Origin: an uncultured delta proteobacterium
GTDB taxonomy: Bacteria > Myxococcota_A > Polyangia > Polyangiales > Polyangiaceae
Length of the DNA: 64,000 nucleotides
Assembly (NCBI GenBank): GCA_963782055.1
Contig: CAWAIF010000003.1
Span: 3,136,001 to 3,200,000, forward strand
Reading direction: 5' to 3'
The notes below the pieces were generated by a model that searched no databases, was not told the DNA's origin, and was given only the letters and a program-made list of their open reading frames with translations. Positions 48,197 to 59,405 of this stretch are shown one piece after another; the first letter of the stretch is position 1, and every line of letters begins with the position of its first letter. A program made the position numbers and the translations under genes.

Positions 48197-49611
48197 CCGA
48201 CCCGGCTCGCTCCGGCGCCGCCGCGCCCCTCGAGGATCCCGCGATGGACGGGCGCGTGCGGCTGGAGGACCTCACCGAGCGCGAGGCTCTGTCCGAGCTC
48301 TGCGAGAGCTTCTTCCTGCTCTTCGGCATCCCGGTGCGCATCTTCTCGGCCGACGGCGCGCTGCTGGCCGACGCCTCGCGCGAGCACGAGGTGTGCGGCT
48401 ACGTCAACACACTCGCCTCCGGGCGCGCGGCGTGCGGGGCCACCGTCGGCGCGGTCAAGGTCACCGAGCCGGACCAGGACGGCGTGGCGACACACCCGTG
48501 CTTCACCGGTCAGCATTACCGCATCGTCTCCATCGAGTACGAGGGGCGGCGCATCGGGCGCATCATCCTGGGGCCGTACCTCCCCGCCGACCTGGCGGAG
48601 ATCCCCTCGTCCTTCCTGGAGATCGACCCCAACGTCGACGCCGACCGCGCGCGCAAGTTGCTGATCAAGGTGCCGCGCGCCAAGTCGGAGACGGTGCAGC
48701 GCATCGCCCGGCACCTCGCCGCCGCGCTGGACCTCATCCTCTTCTCCGGCCACAAGACGCTGCTCACCAGCCAGATGCACCTGGCGAGCGTGCGGGAGAG
48801 CTACCGCGAGCTCACCGAGAAGAACACGCGCCTGCAGGAGGCCTACGACCGCCTGAAGGAGCTGGACCGCCTCAAGTCCAACTTCCTCGCCACCGTCAGC
48901 CACGAGCTGCGCACGCCGCTCACCTCCATCATCGGCTACAGCGAGATGCTCGCCGAGGGCATCGCCGGCGGGCTGAACGAGGAGCAGGGCGAGTTCGTAG
49001 GGACCATCCGCGACAAGGGGCAGCAGCTGCTCTCGCTCATCCAGGGGCTGCTCGATCTCTCCAAGCTGGAGAGCGGCACCATGTCGGTGCGCAAGGAGAG
49101 CGTCGACATCACCACCATCCTGGGCGAGGTGCAGACGACACTGCTCCCCTCGGCGCGCAAGAAGGGCGTGGAGCTGCGCCTCGCGAGCGACGAGGAGATC
49201 CCCGCGCTGCGCGGCGACCCGGAGCGCCTGCGGCAGGTGTTCATCAACCTGGGAGACAACGCGCTCAAGTTCACGCCCAGGGGCGGGTCGGTCACCTTCG
49301 AGGCGCGCCTGCGCGGCGGCGCCGCCGCCGACGGGGACGGGGATGGGGAGGGCTTCGCGCTCCTCGCGCCGGCGCGCCGGGAGATCGTCGCGCGCGTGCT
49401 GGACACCGGCATCGGCATCCCGGAGGCAGAGCGGCCGAAGGTCTTCGACGCCTTCTACCAGGTCGACTCCTCGTCGACGCGCGAGTACGGCGGCACCGGG
49501 CTGGGCCTGTCCATCGTCAAGCGGCTGGTGGAGGCCCACGGCGGGACGATCCACATCGAGGGCAACTCGCCGAGCGGGGCGGTCTTCGTGGTCACGCTGC
49601 CCGTGCCCTGA
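48193..49611 (+). CDS. sensor histidine kinase with PocR-like N-terminal domain
   Basis: Cys-patterned N-terminal domain (VCGY..C..HPCFTG); SHELRTPL, NALKFT, DTGIGI, YGGTGLGL. Confidence 0.88.
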   Translation: MTDPARSGAAAPLEDPAMDGRVRLEDLTEREALSELCESFFLLFGIPVRIFSADGALLADASREHEVCGYVNTLASGRAACGATVGAVKVTEPDQDGVATHPCFTGQHYRIVSIEYEGRRIGRIILGPYLPADLAEIPSSFLEIDPNVDADRARKLLIKVPRAKSETVQRIARHLAAALDLILFSGHKTLLTSQMHLASVRESYRELTEKNTRLQEAYDRLKELDRLKSNFLATVSHELRTPLTSIIGYSEMLAEGIAGGLNEEQGEFVGTIRDKGQQLLSLIQGLLDLSKLESGTMSVRKESVDITTILGEVQTTLLPSARKKGVELRLASDEEIPALRGDPERLRQVFINLGDNALKFTPRGGSVTFEARLRGGAAADGDGDGEGFALLAPARREIVARVLDTGIGIPEAERPKVFDAFYQVDSSSTREYGGTGLGLSIVKRLVEAHGGTIHIEGNSPSGAVFVVTLPVP

Positions 49612-49644
49612 GGCCGCGCCGTCGCGGTGCTAAGGTGCGGCGCG

Positions 49645-50586
49645 ATGAGCACCGCGCGGCCCGGCAGCGAGCTCGCTCGCATCGCGCTCCTGTCGGAGGT
49701 GCTGCGTGCCTCCGCGCCCGGCGTGGAGACGAGCATCGGCGACGACGCGGCGGTGCTGGCGCCCCCACCCGGGCAGAAGCTGGTGTGGACGGTGGACGCG
49801 CAGGTGGAGGGCGTTCACTTCGAGCGCCGGCTCCTCTCGTGGGCGGACGTGGGGTGGCGCGCGGTGATGGCGGCGGCGAGCGACATCGCGGCGATGGGGG
49901 CGTCGCCCTGGTGCGCGCTCGCGGCCCTGGAGCTGCCCGGCGATGTGGATGACGAGGTGCTGGAGGAGATCGCGCGCGGGCAGGCGGAGGCGGCGGCCGC
50001 GCTCGGCGCCCCGATCGTGGGCGGCAACCTGGCGCGCGGGCCGGTGCTGGCGATCACCACGACCTTCCTCGGCACGACGCCCGCGCCGGTGCATCGTGAG
50101 GGCGCGCGCGCGGGGGACGGCCTGTACGTCGCGGGGGGGCTTGGTCTGGCGGCGGCCGGGTTCCGTCTGCTGTCGCGCGGCGAGACGGCTCCGGACGAGC
50201 TCGCGGGGGCGTGGCGACGCCCGCGCGCCCTGGTCGTGGAGGGATTGCGCCTCGTGGGGGTGGCCCACGCGGCCGTGGACGTCTCCGACGGGCTGGCGCG
50301 GGACGTGGGGCACCTGGTGGCGTCGGGGGGCCTACGCGGCGTCCTGGACGCCGCCGCGCTGCGCGGGCGTGCTTCGCCGGCGCTGGCGAACGCAGCGGAT
50401 GCGCTGGGCGTGGATGTGCTCGAGCCGATGCTCGCCGGCGGGGAGGATTATGCGCTGGTCTGCGCGAGCCCGGTGCAGGTCGAGGGGTTCGCGCGGATCG
50501 GCCACGTCGAGGAGGGGGCGGGTGTGGTGGTTCTGGACGGAGGGCGCGAGCTGGAGGCGGGGGAGGGGTGGGACCACTTCGGGTAG
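49645..50586 (+). CDS. thiL: thiamine-monophosphate kinase
   Basis: IGDDAAV, EGVHF, SDIAAMG, GGN, DVSDGL, GGEDY. Confidence 0.93.
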   Translation: MSTARPGSELARIALLSEVLRASAPGVETSIGDDAAVLAPPPGQKLVWTVDAQVEGVHFERRLLSWADVGWRAVMAAASDIAAMGASPWCALAALELPGDVDDEVLEEIARGQAEAAAALGAPIVGGNLARGPVLAITTTFLGTTPAPVHREGARAGDGLYVAGGLGLAAAGFRLLSRGETAPDELAGAWRRPRALVVEGLRLVGVAHAAVDVSDGLARDVGHLVASGGLRGVLDAAALRGRASPALANAADALGVDVLEPMLAGGEDYALVCASPVQVEGFARIGHVEEGAGVVVLDGGRELEAGEGWDHFG

Positions 50587-50618
50587 GCACGCCCGCGTCC
50601 AATCGTTAGCCCGCTCCC

Positions 50619-51095
<477 letters not shown>

Positions 51096-51545
51096 TCAGA
51101 GGCCCTTGCAGACCGCCGGGATCGTCTTTCCGGTCAGCATCTGCCGCACCGGGGCGAACTCCGGGGCCTGGCCGCCCTTCTGGTTGCCGACGGCGAGCAC
51201 CACGCCGTCGCACAGGGTGGCCGCCTGCGTGATCTGCATGGCCTCGGGCGAGTTGCCCATCGTCTTGGCCTGCGAGCGCAGCGCGTTGCAGCACTGCTTG
51301 ATGCGCAGCTGGTTCGTGGTGAGCCCGCTGCCGTGATAGACGGGCTTCGCTGCGGCCTCTTCCTCCGCGGCGTCGCCCGCGTCGTCCTCGATGGGGGCGA
51401 GCACCGCTTCGGTCATCGTCGGCGTCGGCGTGGGCGCGGGGGCCGCGTCCTGCACAGGGTTGGTCTTCTTGGGACACCCGAACAGGACTACGGGCATGCA
51501 CACGGCGGCCAGCATGGCGAGGGCGGAGCGGCGCTTTCGGCTCAT
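51096..51545 (-). CDS. hypothetical lipoprotein
   Basis: Basic N-terminus, lipobox LFGC, four-Cys helical domain. Confidence 0.75.
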   Translation of the reverse strand: MSRKRRSALAMLAAVCMPVVLFGCPKKTNPVQDAAPAPTPTPTMTEAVLAPIEDDAGDAAEEEAAAKPVYHGSGLTTNQLRIKQCCNALRSQAKTMGNSPEAMQITQAATLCDGVVLAVGNQKGGQAPEFAPVRQMLTGKTIPAVCKGL

Positions 51546-51585
51546 GCGCCGAACGGTACAAGCACCGCCCGCCCAACTCAATGGG

Positions 51586-54500
51586 CTAGCTGCAGCCCAT
51601 CGAGTTGCCGCAGTTCAGGCACTTGTAGCAGGCGCCGTTGCGTACGGTGATGTGGCCGCAGACGTCGCACACCGGCGCGTCGCCCATCATCGCGTCGAGC
51701 TGCGCGTCCAGCGCGGACCCGCCGCCGGCCGCGGGGGCCTCCTCGATGCGCGTGGCGCCGAGGCCCTCGTTCATCGAGGCGCTGCGGGCGAGCGCCTCCG
51801 GCGTGTAGGCGAGGGTGGTGGACGCCAGGCGCTCCAGCTCGCCCGGCCTCATGGACGGCGGCTCGGCCTGGATGAGGCCCTCCGAGCGCTCGTCGACCGC
51901 CTTGTTCTCCGGCTCCGGCTTGACGTGCGCCAGGTCGTAGCGGTGCAGGTACTCCACGCCCAGCACCCGGAAGAGGTAGTCGACGATGGAGGTGGCGATC
52001 TTGATGTTGGGGTGACCCTCCACCGTGCCCTGCGGCTCGAAGCGGGTGAAGGTGAACTGCTCGACGTAGGTCTCCAGCGGCACGCCGTACTGCAGGCCGA
52101 CCGAGACGCTCATCGCGAAGCAGTTCATCAGGGAGCGGAAGGCCGCGCCCTCCTTGTGCATGTCGATGAAGATCTCCCCGAGCGAGCCGTCCTCGTACTC
52201 GCCGGTGCGCAGGAAGATCTTGTGGCCGCCGACGCGCGCCTCCTGGGTGAAGCCGCGACGCTTCTTCGGCAGGCGGACGCGGATGCCGTGCGGGCGGGTG
52301 AGGGGCAGCACGAGCTGCGTGGCGTCCTGCGGCTCGCCGGTCCGCGGCAGCGCGGCGAGCGGCGCATCGGCCTTGGCGTCCTTCTCCTTGCTGCTGGTGG
52401 AGAGCGGCTGCGAGGCCTTGCACCCGTCGCGGTAGAGCGCGACCGCCTTCAGCCCGAGGCGCCAGCCCTCCTCGTAGATCTTCTGCACCTCCTCGACCGT
52501 CGCCTCGTTGGGGAGGTTGACGGTCTTGGAGATGGCGCCGGAGAGGAAGGGCTGCGCGGACGCCATCATGCGGACGTGCGCCATCGGCTCCAGGAAGCGC
52601 TGGCCGATCTTGCCGCAGCGGTTGGCGCAATCGAACACCGGCTGGTGCTCGTCGCGCAGGTGGGGCGCGCCCTCGATCGTCATGCGGCCGACGATGACGT
52701 CGCTCGCCTCGTCGATCTCCTCGCGCGGGAAGCCGAGGTGCTCGAGCAGGGAGAAGCCCTTGCGGCCGCGCATCTCGGCGAAGGCGCCGAGGCGCTCGTA
52801 GGTCTCCTCGCCGAGGACCCACGCGGCGAGGGCGCTGTCCAGGTCGAAGACGCCGGGGATGGCGGCCTCCACCTTGGCCAGGTCGTCGTCGGTCAGTCCC
52901 TTCTCCTTGAGGGTGCGTCGGTTGATGTGCGGCGCGCCCAGCAGCGTGTTGGTGCCGCTGACGTAGGCCACGATCTCCTGCACCTCCGCCGGGGAGTAAC
53001 CGAGGCGGACGAGCGCGTGCGGGACCGACTGGTTGACGATCTTGAAGTAGCCGCCGCCGGCGAGCTTCTTGAACTTCACCAGCGCGAAGTCCGGCTCGAT
53101 GCCGGTGGTGTCGCAGTCCATCAGCAGACCGATGGTCCCCGTGGGCGCGAGCACGGTGGCCTGCGCGTTGCGGTAGCCGTGCTGCTCGCCCAGGCGGACG
53201 GCGATGTCCCAGTCCTCGCAGGCGGCGCGGTACAGCTCCTGCGGGCAGTGCTCGCGGTGGATGGCGTACGCCGCGTCGCGGTGCATGCCCATCACCCGGA
53301 GCATCGGCTCGCGGTTCTTGGCGAAGCCGGCGAAGGGGCCCTTGGTGGCCGCCATCTCCGCGCTGGCGCGGTAGGCGTGCCCGCACATGATCGAGGTGAG
53401 CGCCGCCGCGATGGCGCGGCCCTCGTCGCTGTCGTACGGGACACCGAGCTGCATCAGCAGGCTGCCCAGGTTGGCGTAGCCGAGGCCGAGGGGGCGGTAG
53501 TCGTGGCTGTTCTTGGCGATGTTCGCCGTGGGGTAGCTGGAGAGATCCACCAGGATCTCCTGCGCGACGAAGAAGACGCGGCACGCGTGGCGGTAGCCGT
53601 CCACGTCGAAGGAGCCGTCCTCCTGCAGGAACTTGGTGAGGTTGACGCTCGCCAGGTTGCAGGCCGAGTCGTCCACGAACATGTACTCCGAGCACGGGTT
53701 GGACGCGTTGATGCGCGACGTGTTCGGGCAGGTGTGCCACCGGTTGACGGTGGTGTCGTACTGCACGCCCGGGTCCGCGCAGGACCAGGCGGCCTCGGCG
53801 ATCTGGCGCCAGAGGTCCTTGGCGTCGTAGGTCTCGACCACCTCGTTGGTGGTGCGGGAGATCGTCTGCCACTTGCCGCCGGCGAGCGCGGCGCGCATGA
53901 ACTCGTCGGTCACGCGGACCGAGTTGTTGGAGTTCTGCCCGCTGATGGTGTGGTAGGCCTCGCCGTTGAAGTCGCTCGCGAAGCCGGCGGCGATGAGGGC
54001 GTGCGCCTTCTTCTCCTCGCGCACCTTCCAGTTGATGAAGTCGACAATCTCCGGGTGGTCCATGTCCAGGCAGACCATCTTCGCCGCACGGCGCGTGGTG
54101 CCGCCGCTCTTGGTGGCGCCCGCGGCGCGGTCGAACACCTCGAGGAAGCTCATGAGGCCGCTGGAGGTGCCCCCGCCGGAGAGCTTCTCCTGCTTGCCGC
54201 GGATGGCGCTGAAGTTGGTGCCGGTGCCGGAGCCGTACTTGAAGAGGCGCGCCTCGTTCTTGACGAGGTCGTAGATGCTCATCAGGTCGTCGGTGGCGGT
54301 CTGGATGAAGCACGCCGAGCACTGCGGGCGCTCGTAGGCGTTCTTCACCTCCGTCACGCCCTGATTCGAGCGCGTGTCCCAGGCCCAGTTGCCACCCTGG
54401 CCGACGATGCCGTAGGCGTGGAAGAGGCCGCAGTTGAACCACACCGGCGAGTTGAAGGCGCCGTACTGGTGGACCAGCAGCCAGGAGAGCTCCGCCTCGA

Positions 54501-55026
54501 AGGTATCGGCGTCGTCCTTGGTGGCGAAGTAGTCGCCGAACTTCTCGCCCGCCTCGCGGATGGTGTGCGCCACGCGGTAGACGACCTGCTGCACGCTGCG
54601 CTCGCCCACGCTCTTGTCGCCGTGGATGCCTGCCTTGCGGAAGTACTTGGAGATGACGATGTCGGTCGCGAGCTGGCTCCAGCCGGCCGGGATCTCCGCG
54701 CCCTCCATCTTGAAGACGATGGATCCGTCGGGGTTGGTGATGATGCTGGAGCGGCGCTCGTAGACGAGCGGCACGCCATCGGGGCCGGGAGCGCCCGCAT
54801 CGAGCGGGTCCACGCCGGCGCGCGTCAGGCGGCGCGGCATCGGCACGCCGCGGCCGCGGCGGGCTTCCTCGGACGCGCGGCGCCGGCCGGTGCCCTCGGT
54901 GCGGGTCTTGGCGTGCGTGTCGCGAGGCTCGACCCTCGAGGTCCCCTCCGAACGCTTGCTCTGCTGCTTGGCCCTTGCCACGCCGTTCCTCTTGCCGTGC
55001 GCTCCGAACTCCGACGACTGTGCCAT
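51586..55026 (-). CDS. nrdJ: class II (B12-dependent) ribonucleotide reductase
   Basis: [38 protein letters not shown]-terminal domain and CxxC..CxxC tail; SD GGAGG before ATG 55026. Confidence 0.96.
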   Translation of the reverse strand: MAQSSEFGAHGKRNGVARAKQQSKRSEGTSRVEPRDTHAKTRTEGTGRRRASEEARRGRGVPMPRRLTRAGVDPLDAGAPGPDGVPLVYERRSSIITNPDGSIVFKMEGAEIPAGWSQLATDIVISKYFRKAGIHGDKSVGERSVQQVVYRVAHTIREAGEKFGDYFATKDDADTFEAELSWLLVHQYGAFNSPVWFNCGLFHAYGIVGQGGNWAWDTRSNQGVTEVKNAYERPQCSACFIQTATDDLMSIYDLVKNEARLFKYGSGTGTNFSAIRGKQEKLSGGGTSSGLMSFLEVFDRAAGATKSGGTTRRAAKMVCLDMDHPEIVDFINWKVREEKKAHALIAAGFASDFNGEAYHTISGQNSNNSVRVTDEFMRAALAGGKWQTISRTTNEVVETYDAKDLWRQIAEAAWSCADPGVQYDTTVNRWHTCPNTSRINASNPCSEYMFVDDSACNLASVNLTKFLQEDGSFDVDGYRHACRVFFVAQEILVDLSSYPTANIAKNSHDYRPLGLGYANLGSLLMQLGVPYDSDEGRAIAAALTSIMCGHAYRASAEMAATKGPFAGFAKNREPMLRVMGMHRDAAYAIHREHCPQELYRAACEDWDIAVRLGEQHGYRNAQATVLAPTGTIGLLMDCDTTGIEPDFALVKFKKLAGGGYFKIVNQSVPHALVRLGYSPAEVQEIVAYVSGTNTLLGAPHINRRTLKEKGLTDDDLAKVEAAIPGVFDLDSALAAWVLGEETYERLGAFAEMRGRKGFSLLEHLGFPREEIDEASDVIVGRMTIEGAPHLRDEHQPVFDCANRCGKIGQRFLEPMAHVRMMASAQPFLSGAISKTVNLPNEATVEEVQKIYEEGWRLGLKAVALYRDGCKASQPLSTSSKEKDAKADAPLAALPRTGEPQDATQLVLPLTRPHGIRVRLPKKRRGFTQEARVGGHKIFLRTGEYEDGSLGEIFIDMHKEGAAFRSLMNCFAMSVSVGLQYGVPLETYVEQFTFTRFEPQGTVEGHPNIKIATSIVDYLFRVLGVEYLHRYDLAHVKPEPENKAVDERSEGLIQAEPPSMRPGELERLASTTLAYTPEALARSASMNEGLGATRIEEAPAAGGGSALDAQLDAMMGDAPVCDVCGHITVRNGACYKCLNCGNSMGCS

Positions 55027-55467
55027 GTCTCCGCCTCCACATCCTGGAGTCCGAGGGGCGAGCCAGGTCTTGCTCAACTTGCCCATCGAACCTGTCCTTC
55101 GCAATGCGTCGCCGTCCGGGCTGCCCGGGCCGCGACCCCCACACAAAAAGAATTCGCCGCCGTCCCCCTCGGGACGGGTCTATCTCCCTCGGCTGCTTTC
55201 TCGACTCCGCCGGAGGCTCGCCGTCGTCCCCCGAACGCCGCGACACCGCGCGGGAGAGCCCCCCGGCGGCGCCCCCCGAGCCTGCGAGCCGGGGGGTGGT
55301 CCCTCTTTCTGGATGCCCGGCGCGCAAGCGCCGTGCAGAAGCTCAAGTGTTCAGTCTCTACGGATGACCAGCGGTGGGGCCCCCGGAAGGCGGACCTGCA
55401 GGGCGGGTCTGCGTGTCCGCGGGGGATGACTCATCCGTGCCGCCAGACGCGCGAGAGATTCGTATAA

Positions 55468-55516
55468 CCCCAACCTGTTGTGGCTGTCCACCAAATCGAC
55501 ACACCAGATATTGCGC
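55468..55516. promoter_or_regulatory. tandem NrdR boxes
   Basis: CCCCAACCTGTTGTGG (55468-55483) and ACACCAGATATTGCGC (55501-55516) resemble acaCwAtATaTwGtgt, 33 bp apart, upstream of nrdJ. Confidence 0.75.
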
Positions 55517-55698
55517 TTACAGAAGCGTACGGCGCCCTCCATCCGCACACCCCAACGCAAGGCCTCGGAAGCACTGAACTTCCGTCTCACGCTGAACACA
55601 GGACGCTGACAGGCCTTCCCGAGGTTGTTCAGGTTCTGTCCACAGAGGGCCGGCCGCACGCGGACCGCTAGCATGCTCGCGGTCCGACGCTTGACCCG

Positions 55699-57255
55699 TC
55701 AATGAGTGGGGGCCGCAGGCGCGCTGGCGCTCTGGGGGATGGTGCTCACCGTGGCGAACTCCTTCTCCGGGTCCACCACCACCACCTCGCCGAAGCGGGA
55801 GAGCGGCTTGGCGATCACGTCGGCGTCGCCTGCGACGATGATGAGCGAGGCGGAGGTCGGGAAGAGCACCTTGGCGGCGGCAGAGGCCTTCGCCACGTCC
55901 AGCGAGCGTACAGCCGCTCGGTACTGGTCCCAGTAGCCGTCCGGCAGCCCGAGCGTGTCCTGCACGGCGACCTGCTCGGCGATGGCGCCGACCGTCTCCA
56001 GCGCCACGGCGAAGATGTCGCTCAGGTAGCGCCCCGCCGTGTTCACCTCCGCCGCGGTGACGGGCTGGTGCGTGATGCGATCCATGTTCTCCAGGATGCC
56101 GCTCACCGAGGCGACGGTCTTGTCCGTCTGGGTGCCGGCGTAGGCGAACACCGGCTCCTCGCCGTGCGCCAGCGGGAGGATGCGCGCGTAGGTGCTGTAC
56201 GCGAGCGAGCGCTGCTCGCGCACGTCGGCGAAGAGGCGGCTCGCCACGCCACCGCCGAGGATCTGGCTGGCCACGCGCAGCGCCGGCCAGTCGGGGGTGT
56301 CGCGCGGCGGGGCCAGATTCGCCACGAAGATGTCGCTCTGCGCGCTCTTCGGGCGGCTGGCGACGATGACGCGCCGCTTGGCGGGAGCGATCGCAGCCGG
56401 GAAGCTGACCTTCGGCGGCTCGCCGCCCTTCCACGACCCGAGGGCCTTGACGACCTCGGCCTGCGCGGTGGGCAGGTCCACGTCGCCGGCGAAGATGATC
56501 TCGGTGTTCTTCGGGACGTAGAAGCGCTTGTGGAAGGAGCGCACGGTGCCGCCGTTGATCTTGGCGATCTCGCTCGGGAGAAGGTCGTAGGTCGCGTAGG
56601 GGTTCTTCGCCGAGTACAGCTCGCGGAACATCAGGCGCAGGGCCATCCACTGGCCGTTGGAGCGCTCCGCCTCCTCCGCCTCGTCGGTGCGGCGCGAGAG
56701 GAGCTTCTTGAGCTCGCCGGCGTCGAAGCGCGGGGCCTGCAGCACGGGGCCGAGGATCGCCATGGCGTCGGCGAGGTGCGACTTGGTCACGCCCAGGCCC
56801 AGCACCGAGCGATCGAAGTCCACGTCCACGCTGAGCGAGGCCCCCAGCGACTCGATGCGGCTCACCACCTGCTGCGGCGTCATGGGCCCGGCGCCGCCGT
56901 CCTTGAGCATCTCGGCGGTGATCTCGGCGGCGCCCGCCTGGCCGTAGCCCATGCCGGCGTGCACGAGCACGCGCACCTGGACGATCGGGAGGGCGTGGGC
57001 CTCGATGACCGCGACACGCAGCCCGTTGGGCAGCGTCGCGCGGTGGATGGCGGGGAAGGGCGACGGCTTGGAGGCGGAGGGCGGCGGCGGCTGCTCCGCC
57101 GCCGAGGTCGCGCTCTTGGCGGGGACCACGCCGGGGTAGATGGGGATGTCGGCGTGCTGCGGCCCCGTCGTGGCGGCGGCGCCGCCCCCGCACGCGCAGA
57201 CCAGGGCGAGCGTGCCGGTGACGGCGAAGCGGCCGGCGGTCTCGAAGCGGCGCAT
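55699..57255 (-). CDS. M16 family peptidase, non-catalytic subunit (lipoprotein)
   Basis: Lipobox VCAC, TLPNGL, ILGGG..SRLF..VREQRSLAY; lacks HxxEH. Confidence 0.88.
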   Translation of the reverse strand: MRRFETAGRFAVTGTLALVCACGGGAAATTGPQHADIPIYPGVVPAKSATSAAEQPPPPSASKPSPFPAIHRATLPNGLRVAVIEAHALPIVQVRVLVHAGMGYGQAGAAEITAEMLKDGGAGPMTPQQVVSRIESLGASLSVDVDFDRSVLGLGVTKSHLADAMAILGPVLQAPRFDAGELKKLLSRRTDEAEEAERSNGQWMALRLMFRELYSAKNPYATYDLLPSEIAKINGGTVRSFHKRFYVPKNTEIIFAGDVDLPTAQAEVVKALGSWKGGEPPKVSFPAAIAPAKRRVIVASRPKSAQSDIFVANLAPPRDTPDWPALRVASQILGGGVASRLFADVREQRSLAYSTYARILPLAHGEEPVFAYAGTQTDKTVASVSGILENMDRITHQPVTAAEVNTAGRYLSDIFAVALETVGAIAEQVAVQDTLGLPDGYWDQYRAAVRSLDVAKASAAAKVLFPTSASLIIVAGDADVIAKPLSRFGEVVVVDPEKEFATVSTIPQSASAPAAPTH

Positions 57256-58772
57256 CAGTGGCCTCCCTTCTTCTTCGTCGCGACGGCGGGCGCTTGCGCG
57301 CCCGGCTTGACCTCCACGCGCGACCGGCGCTCCGGTGTCAGGTACTTGGCCGCGACGCGGCGGATGTCCTCGGCGGTCACGGCGGAGTAGCGCGCGATCT
57401 CGTCGTTGAGCAGGTCGGCGTCGCCCCAGTACAGCTCGAAGCGGGCGAGCTGCTGCGCGCGAGCGAAGTTGGACTGCAGGCCGAAGAGGAAGTGCGCCTC
57501 CAGCCGGGTGCGCAGCTTCTCCATCTCCTTCGCGGTGGGGGGCGTGCGCTGCACGCGTGCGATCTCCGCGTCGATCGCCTTCTGCACCTGCGCGACCGTG
57601 GCGTGGGAGGCCACCTTGGCGGAGATCTCCAGGTAGTCCGGCCCGCGCAGATCGTCGGTGCCGGCGTCGACGTCCTGGGCGATGGCGCGCTCGCGCACGA
57701 GCTTCTGGTACAGGCGCGAGCTCTCGCCGTCGGCGAGGAGCATGCCGAGCATGGCGAGGGCGTAGTGGTCGGGCGTGTGTGTCGGCGGGATGGCCCAGCC
57801 GAGGAGGATCGCCGCGAGCTTGGCGTGCGCGTCCTCCACGGTGGCGTCGCGCGGGGCGGTCTGCGCGGGCAGGGCGCCGGGCTCGAAGGGGGGGACCTTC
57901 GGCTGCGGCTTGGCGGCGCCGAAGTACTTGGTGACGAGCTTCATGCACTCGTCGGGCTGGAAGTCGCCGGCGATGGAGAGCACGGCGTCGTTGGGCGCGT
58001 AGTACTCGTCGTGGAAGGCGCGCACCCACTGCAGCTGCGCGGCGTCCAGGTCGGCCATGGTGCCGATGGCGGGGTGCTCGTACGGCCAGTAGCCCTGGTA
58101 GACCATCGACTGCAGGCGCAGCTCGGCGGGGACGTACGGCGCGTTGGACACGCGCATGCGAAACTCCTCCTCGACGACCTTGCGCTGGTTTTCGAAGTTG
58201 GACTGCGAGATGTCGAGGGACTTCATGCGGTCCGCCTCCAGCCAGAGGGCGAGGGCGAGCTCGCTCTGCGGGAGCATCTCGTAGTAGTTGGTGCGGTCCT
58301 CGCTGGTGGAGCCGTTGAGGGTGCCGCCGTGGCTGGTGACCAGCTTGAAGTGCTCGCCGCGCGCCACGTTCTTCGAGCCCTGGAACATCATGTGCTCGAA
58401 GAGGTGCGCGAAGCCGGAGTGGCCGCGCTTCTCGTTGCGGCTGCCCACGTCGTAGACGACGTCCACCGCGACCGTCGGCGAGGTGTGGTCGGGGGACATG
58501 ACGACGCGCAGGCCGTTGTCCAGCTTGGCGCGCACGACGGGGAGCTTCGGCGCGTACATCGGGGGCAGGGCCGCGGTGGACGCGGCGGGGTGGTGCGCGG
58601 GCGCGGCCTTCGTCGCCGGCTTGGCGTGCGGTCTCGTCGCCGGCCTGGCCGCCGGCTTGGCGTGCGGCTTTGCGGCTGGCTTGGCGTGCGGCTTGGCCGC
58701 GGGTCCGGCGGCGAGCGCGAGGGCAGGGAAGAGGAGCGCTCCGAGGAGCGTGGAGAGGCGGGCCGTTCGCAT
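57255..58772 (-). CDS. M16 family zinc peptidase, catalytic subunit
   Basis: GFAHLFEHMMFQGS, NGST..DRTNY, EADRM, VVEEE; signal peptide followed by AAKPHAKP repeats. Confidence 0.93.
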   Translation of the reverse strand: MRTARLSTLLGALLFPALALAAGPAAKPHAKPAAKPHAKPAARPATRPHAKPATKAAPAHHPAASTAALPPMYAPKLPVVRAKLDNGLRVVMSPDHTSPTVAVDVVYDVGSRNEKRGHSGFAHLFEHMMFQGSKNVARGEHFKLVTSHGGTLNGSTSEDRTNYYEMLPQSELALALWLEADRMKSLDISQSNFENQRKVVEEEFRMRVSNAPYVPAELRLQSMVYQGYWPYEHPAIGTMADLDAAQLQWVRAFHDEYYAPNDAVLSIAGDFQPDECMKLVTKYFGAAKPQPKVPPFEPGALPAQTAPRDATVEDAHAKLAAILLGWAIPPTHTPDHYALAMLGMLLADGESSRLYQKLVRERAIAQDVDAGTDDLRGPDYLEISAKVASHATVAQVQKAIDAEIARVQRTPPTAKEMEKLRTRLEAHFLFGLQSNFARAQQLARFELYWGDADLLNDEIARYSAVTAEDIRRVAAKYLTPERRSRVEVKPGAQAPAVATKKKGGH

Positions 58773-58853
58773 GGGGATCCCTGTTAGCACCGACCGGCGT
58801 GGAGGGTGAGGAGGAAGCCGAGAGGGCGCGGGCGGCGTGGTGGCCGCCGCTCC

Positions 58854-59405
58854 TCAAGGAACGAAGGACAGCGGACCTTCCCGCAGCAGCAAGAAAAAGC
58901 TGGGGGTGCCCACGCGGAAGACGCCAAGGTCGACGTAGGACCAGCCGAGCAGCGCGTCCACCCGGCCGGGCTCGACCGCCACGAGGGGATCGCGGACGCG
59001 CCGCCCGAAGAAGGCGTTGCGCGGCACGTCGTAGTCGATGAGCAGGGCCTGGTCGTACGGACCGGGCATGCGCACGCCCTTCGCCTCCCGCACGAGGTAG
59101 TGGCCGAAGGTCCAGGGCTCGCCGCGCTTCTGCTTCGGCACGGCGGGGCCGCCGATGCCGTGCTGCTCCATCCGCACGTTCCACCCGCGCAGCGCGCCGG
59201 TGTCCGGATCGCGACGGAAGGTCTTGCGGAAGGTCTTCCAGGAGAGGCGCTCCATCCACGCGGGGAGGCCGAGGCTGATGCCGGCGTACTCGGTGTCGTC
59301 GAGCGCCGCCGGCTCGATGGGGTGTCCGGCGGCGAGGGCGGCCCGCAGGGCGCGGCCCTTCATCGGCAGGAAGCGCTCCACGAGCCCCTTCTGGTCGTCG
59401 TTCAT
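58854..59405 (-). CDS. hypothetical protein
   Basis: ATGA-coupled to the S9 peptidase; 183 aa with normal codon bias (WKTFRKTF, GWNVR, RDPLV). Confidence 0.75.
   Translation of the reverse strand: MNDDQKGLVERFLPMKGRALRAALAAGHPIEPAALDDTEYAGISLGLPAWMERLSWKTFRKTFRRDPDTGALRGWNVRMEQHGIGGPAVPKQKRGEPWTFGHYLVREAKGVRMPGPYDQALLIDYDVPRNAFFGRRVRDPLVAVEPGRVDALLGWSYVDLGVFRVGTPSFFLLLREGPLSFVP

Noticed and set aside
51586..55026. Intein in nrdJ
   Set aside because: No C/S...HN-C splice motifs or LAGLIDADG blocks; the length is explained by the normal C-terminal domain.
51391..55467. 1358-aa plus-strand and 1249-aa minus-strand ORFs
   Set aside because: Shadow frames of nrdJ with no motifs; the same applies to the many other long Arg/Gly/Ala-rich overlapping ORFs in the track.
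55699..59259. 1186-aa ORF as a single M16 protein
   Set aside because: The real gene starts at 57255; the upstream part is an off-frame read of the neighbouring genes.
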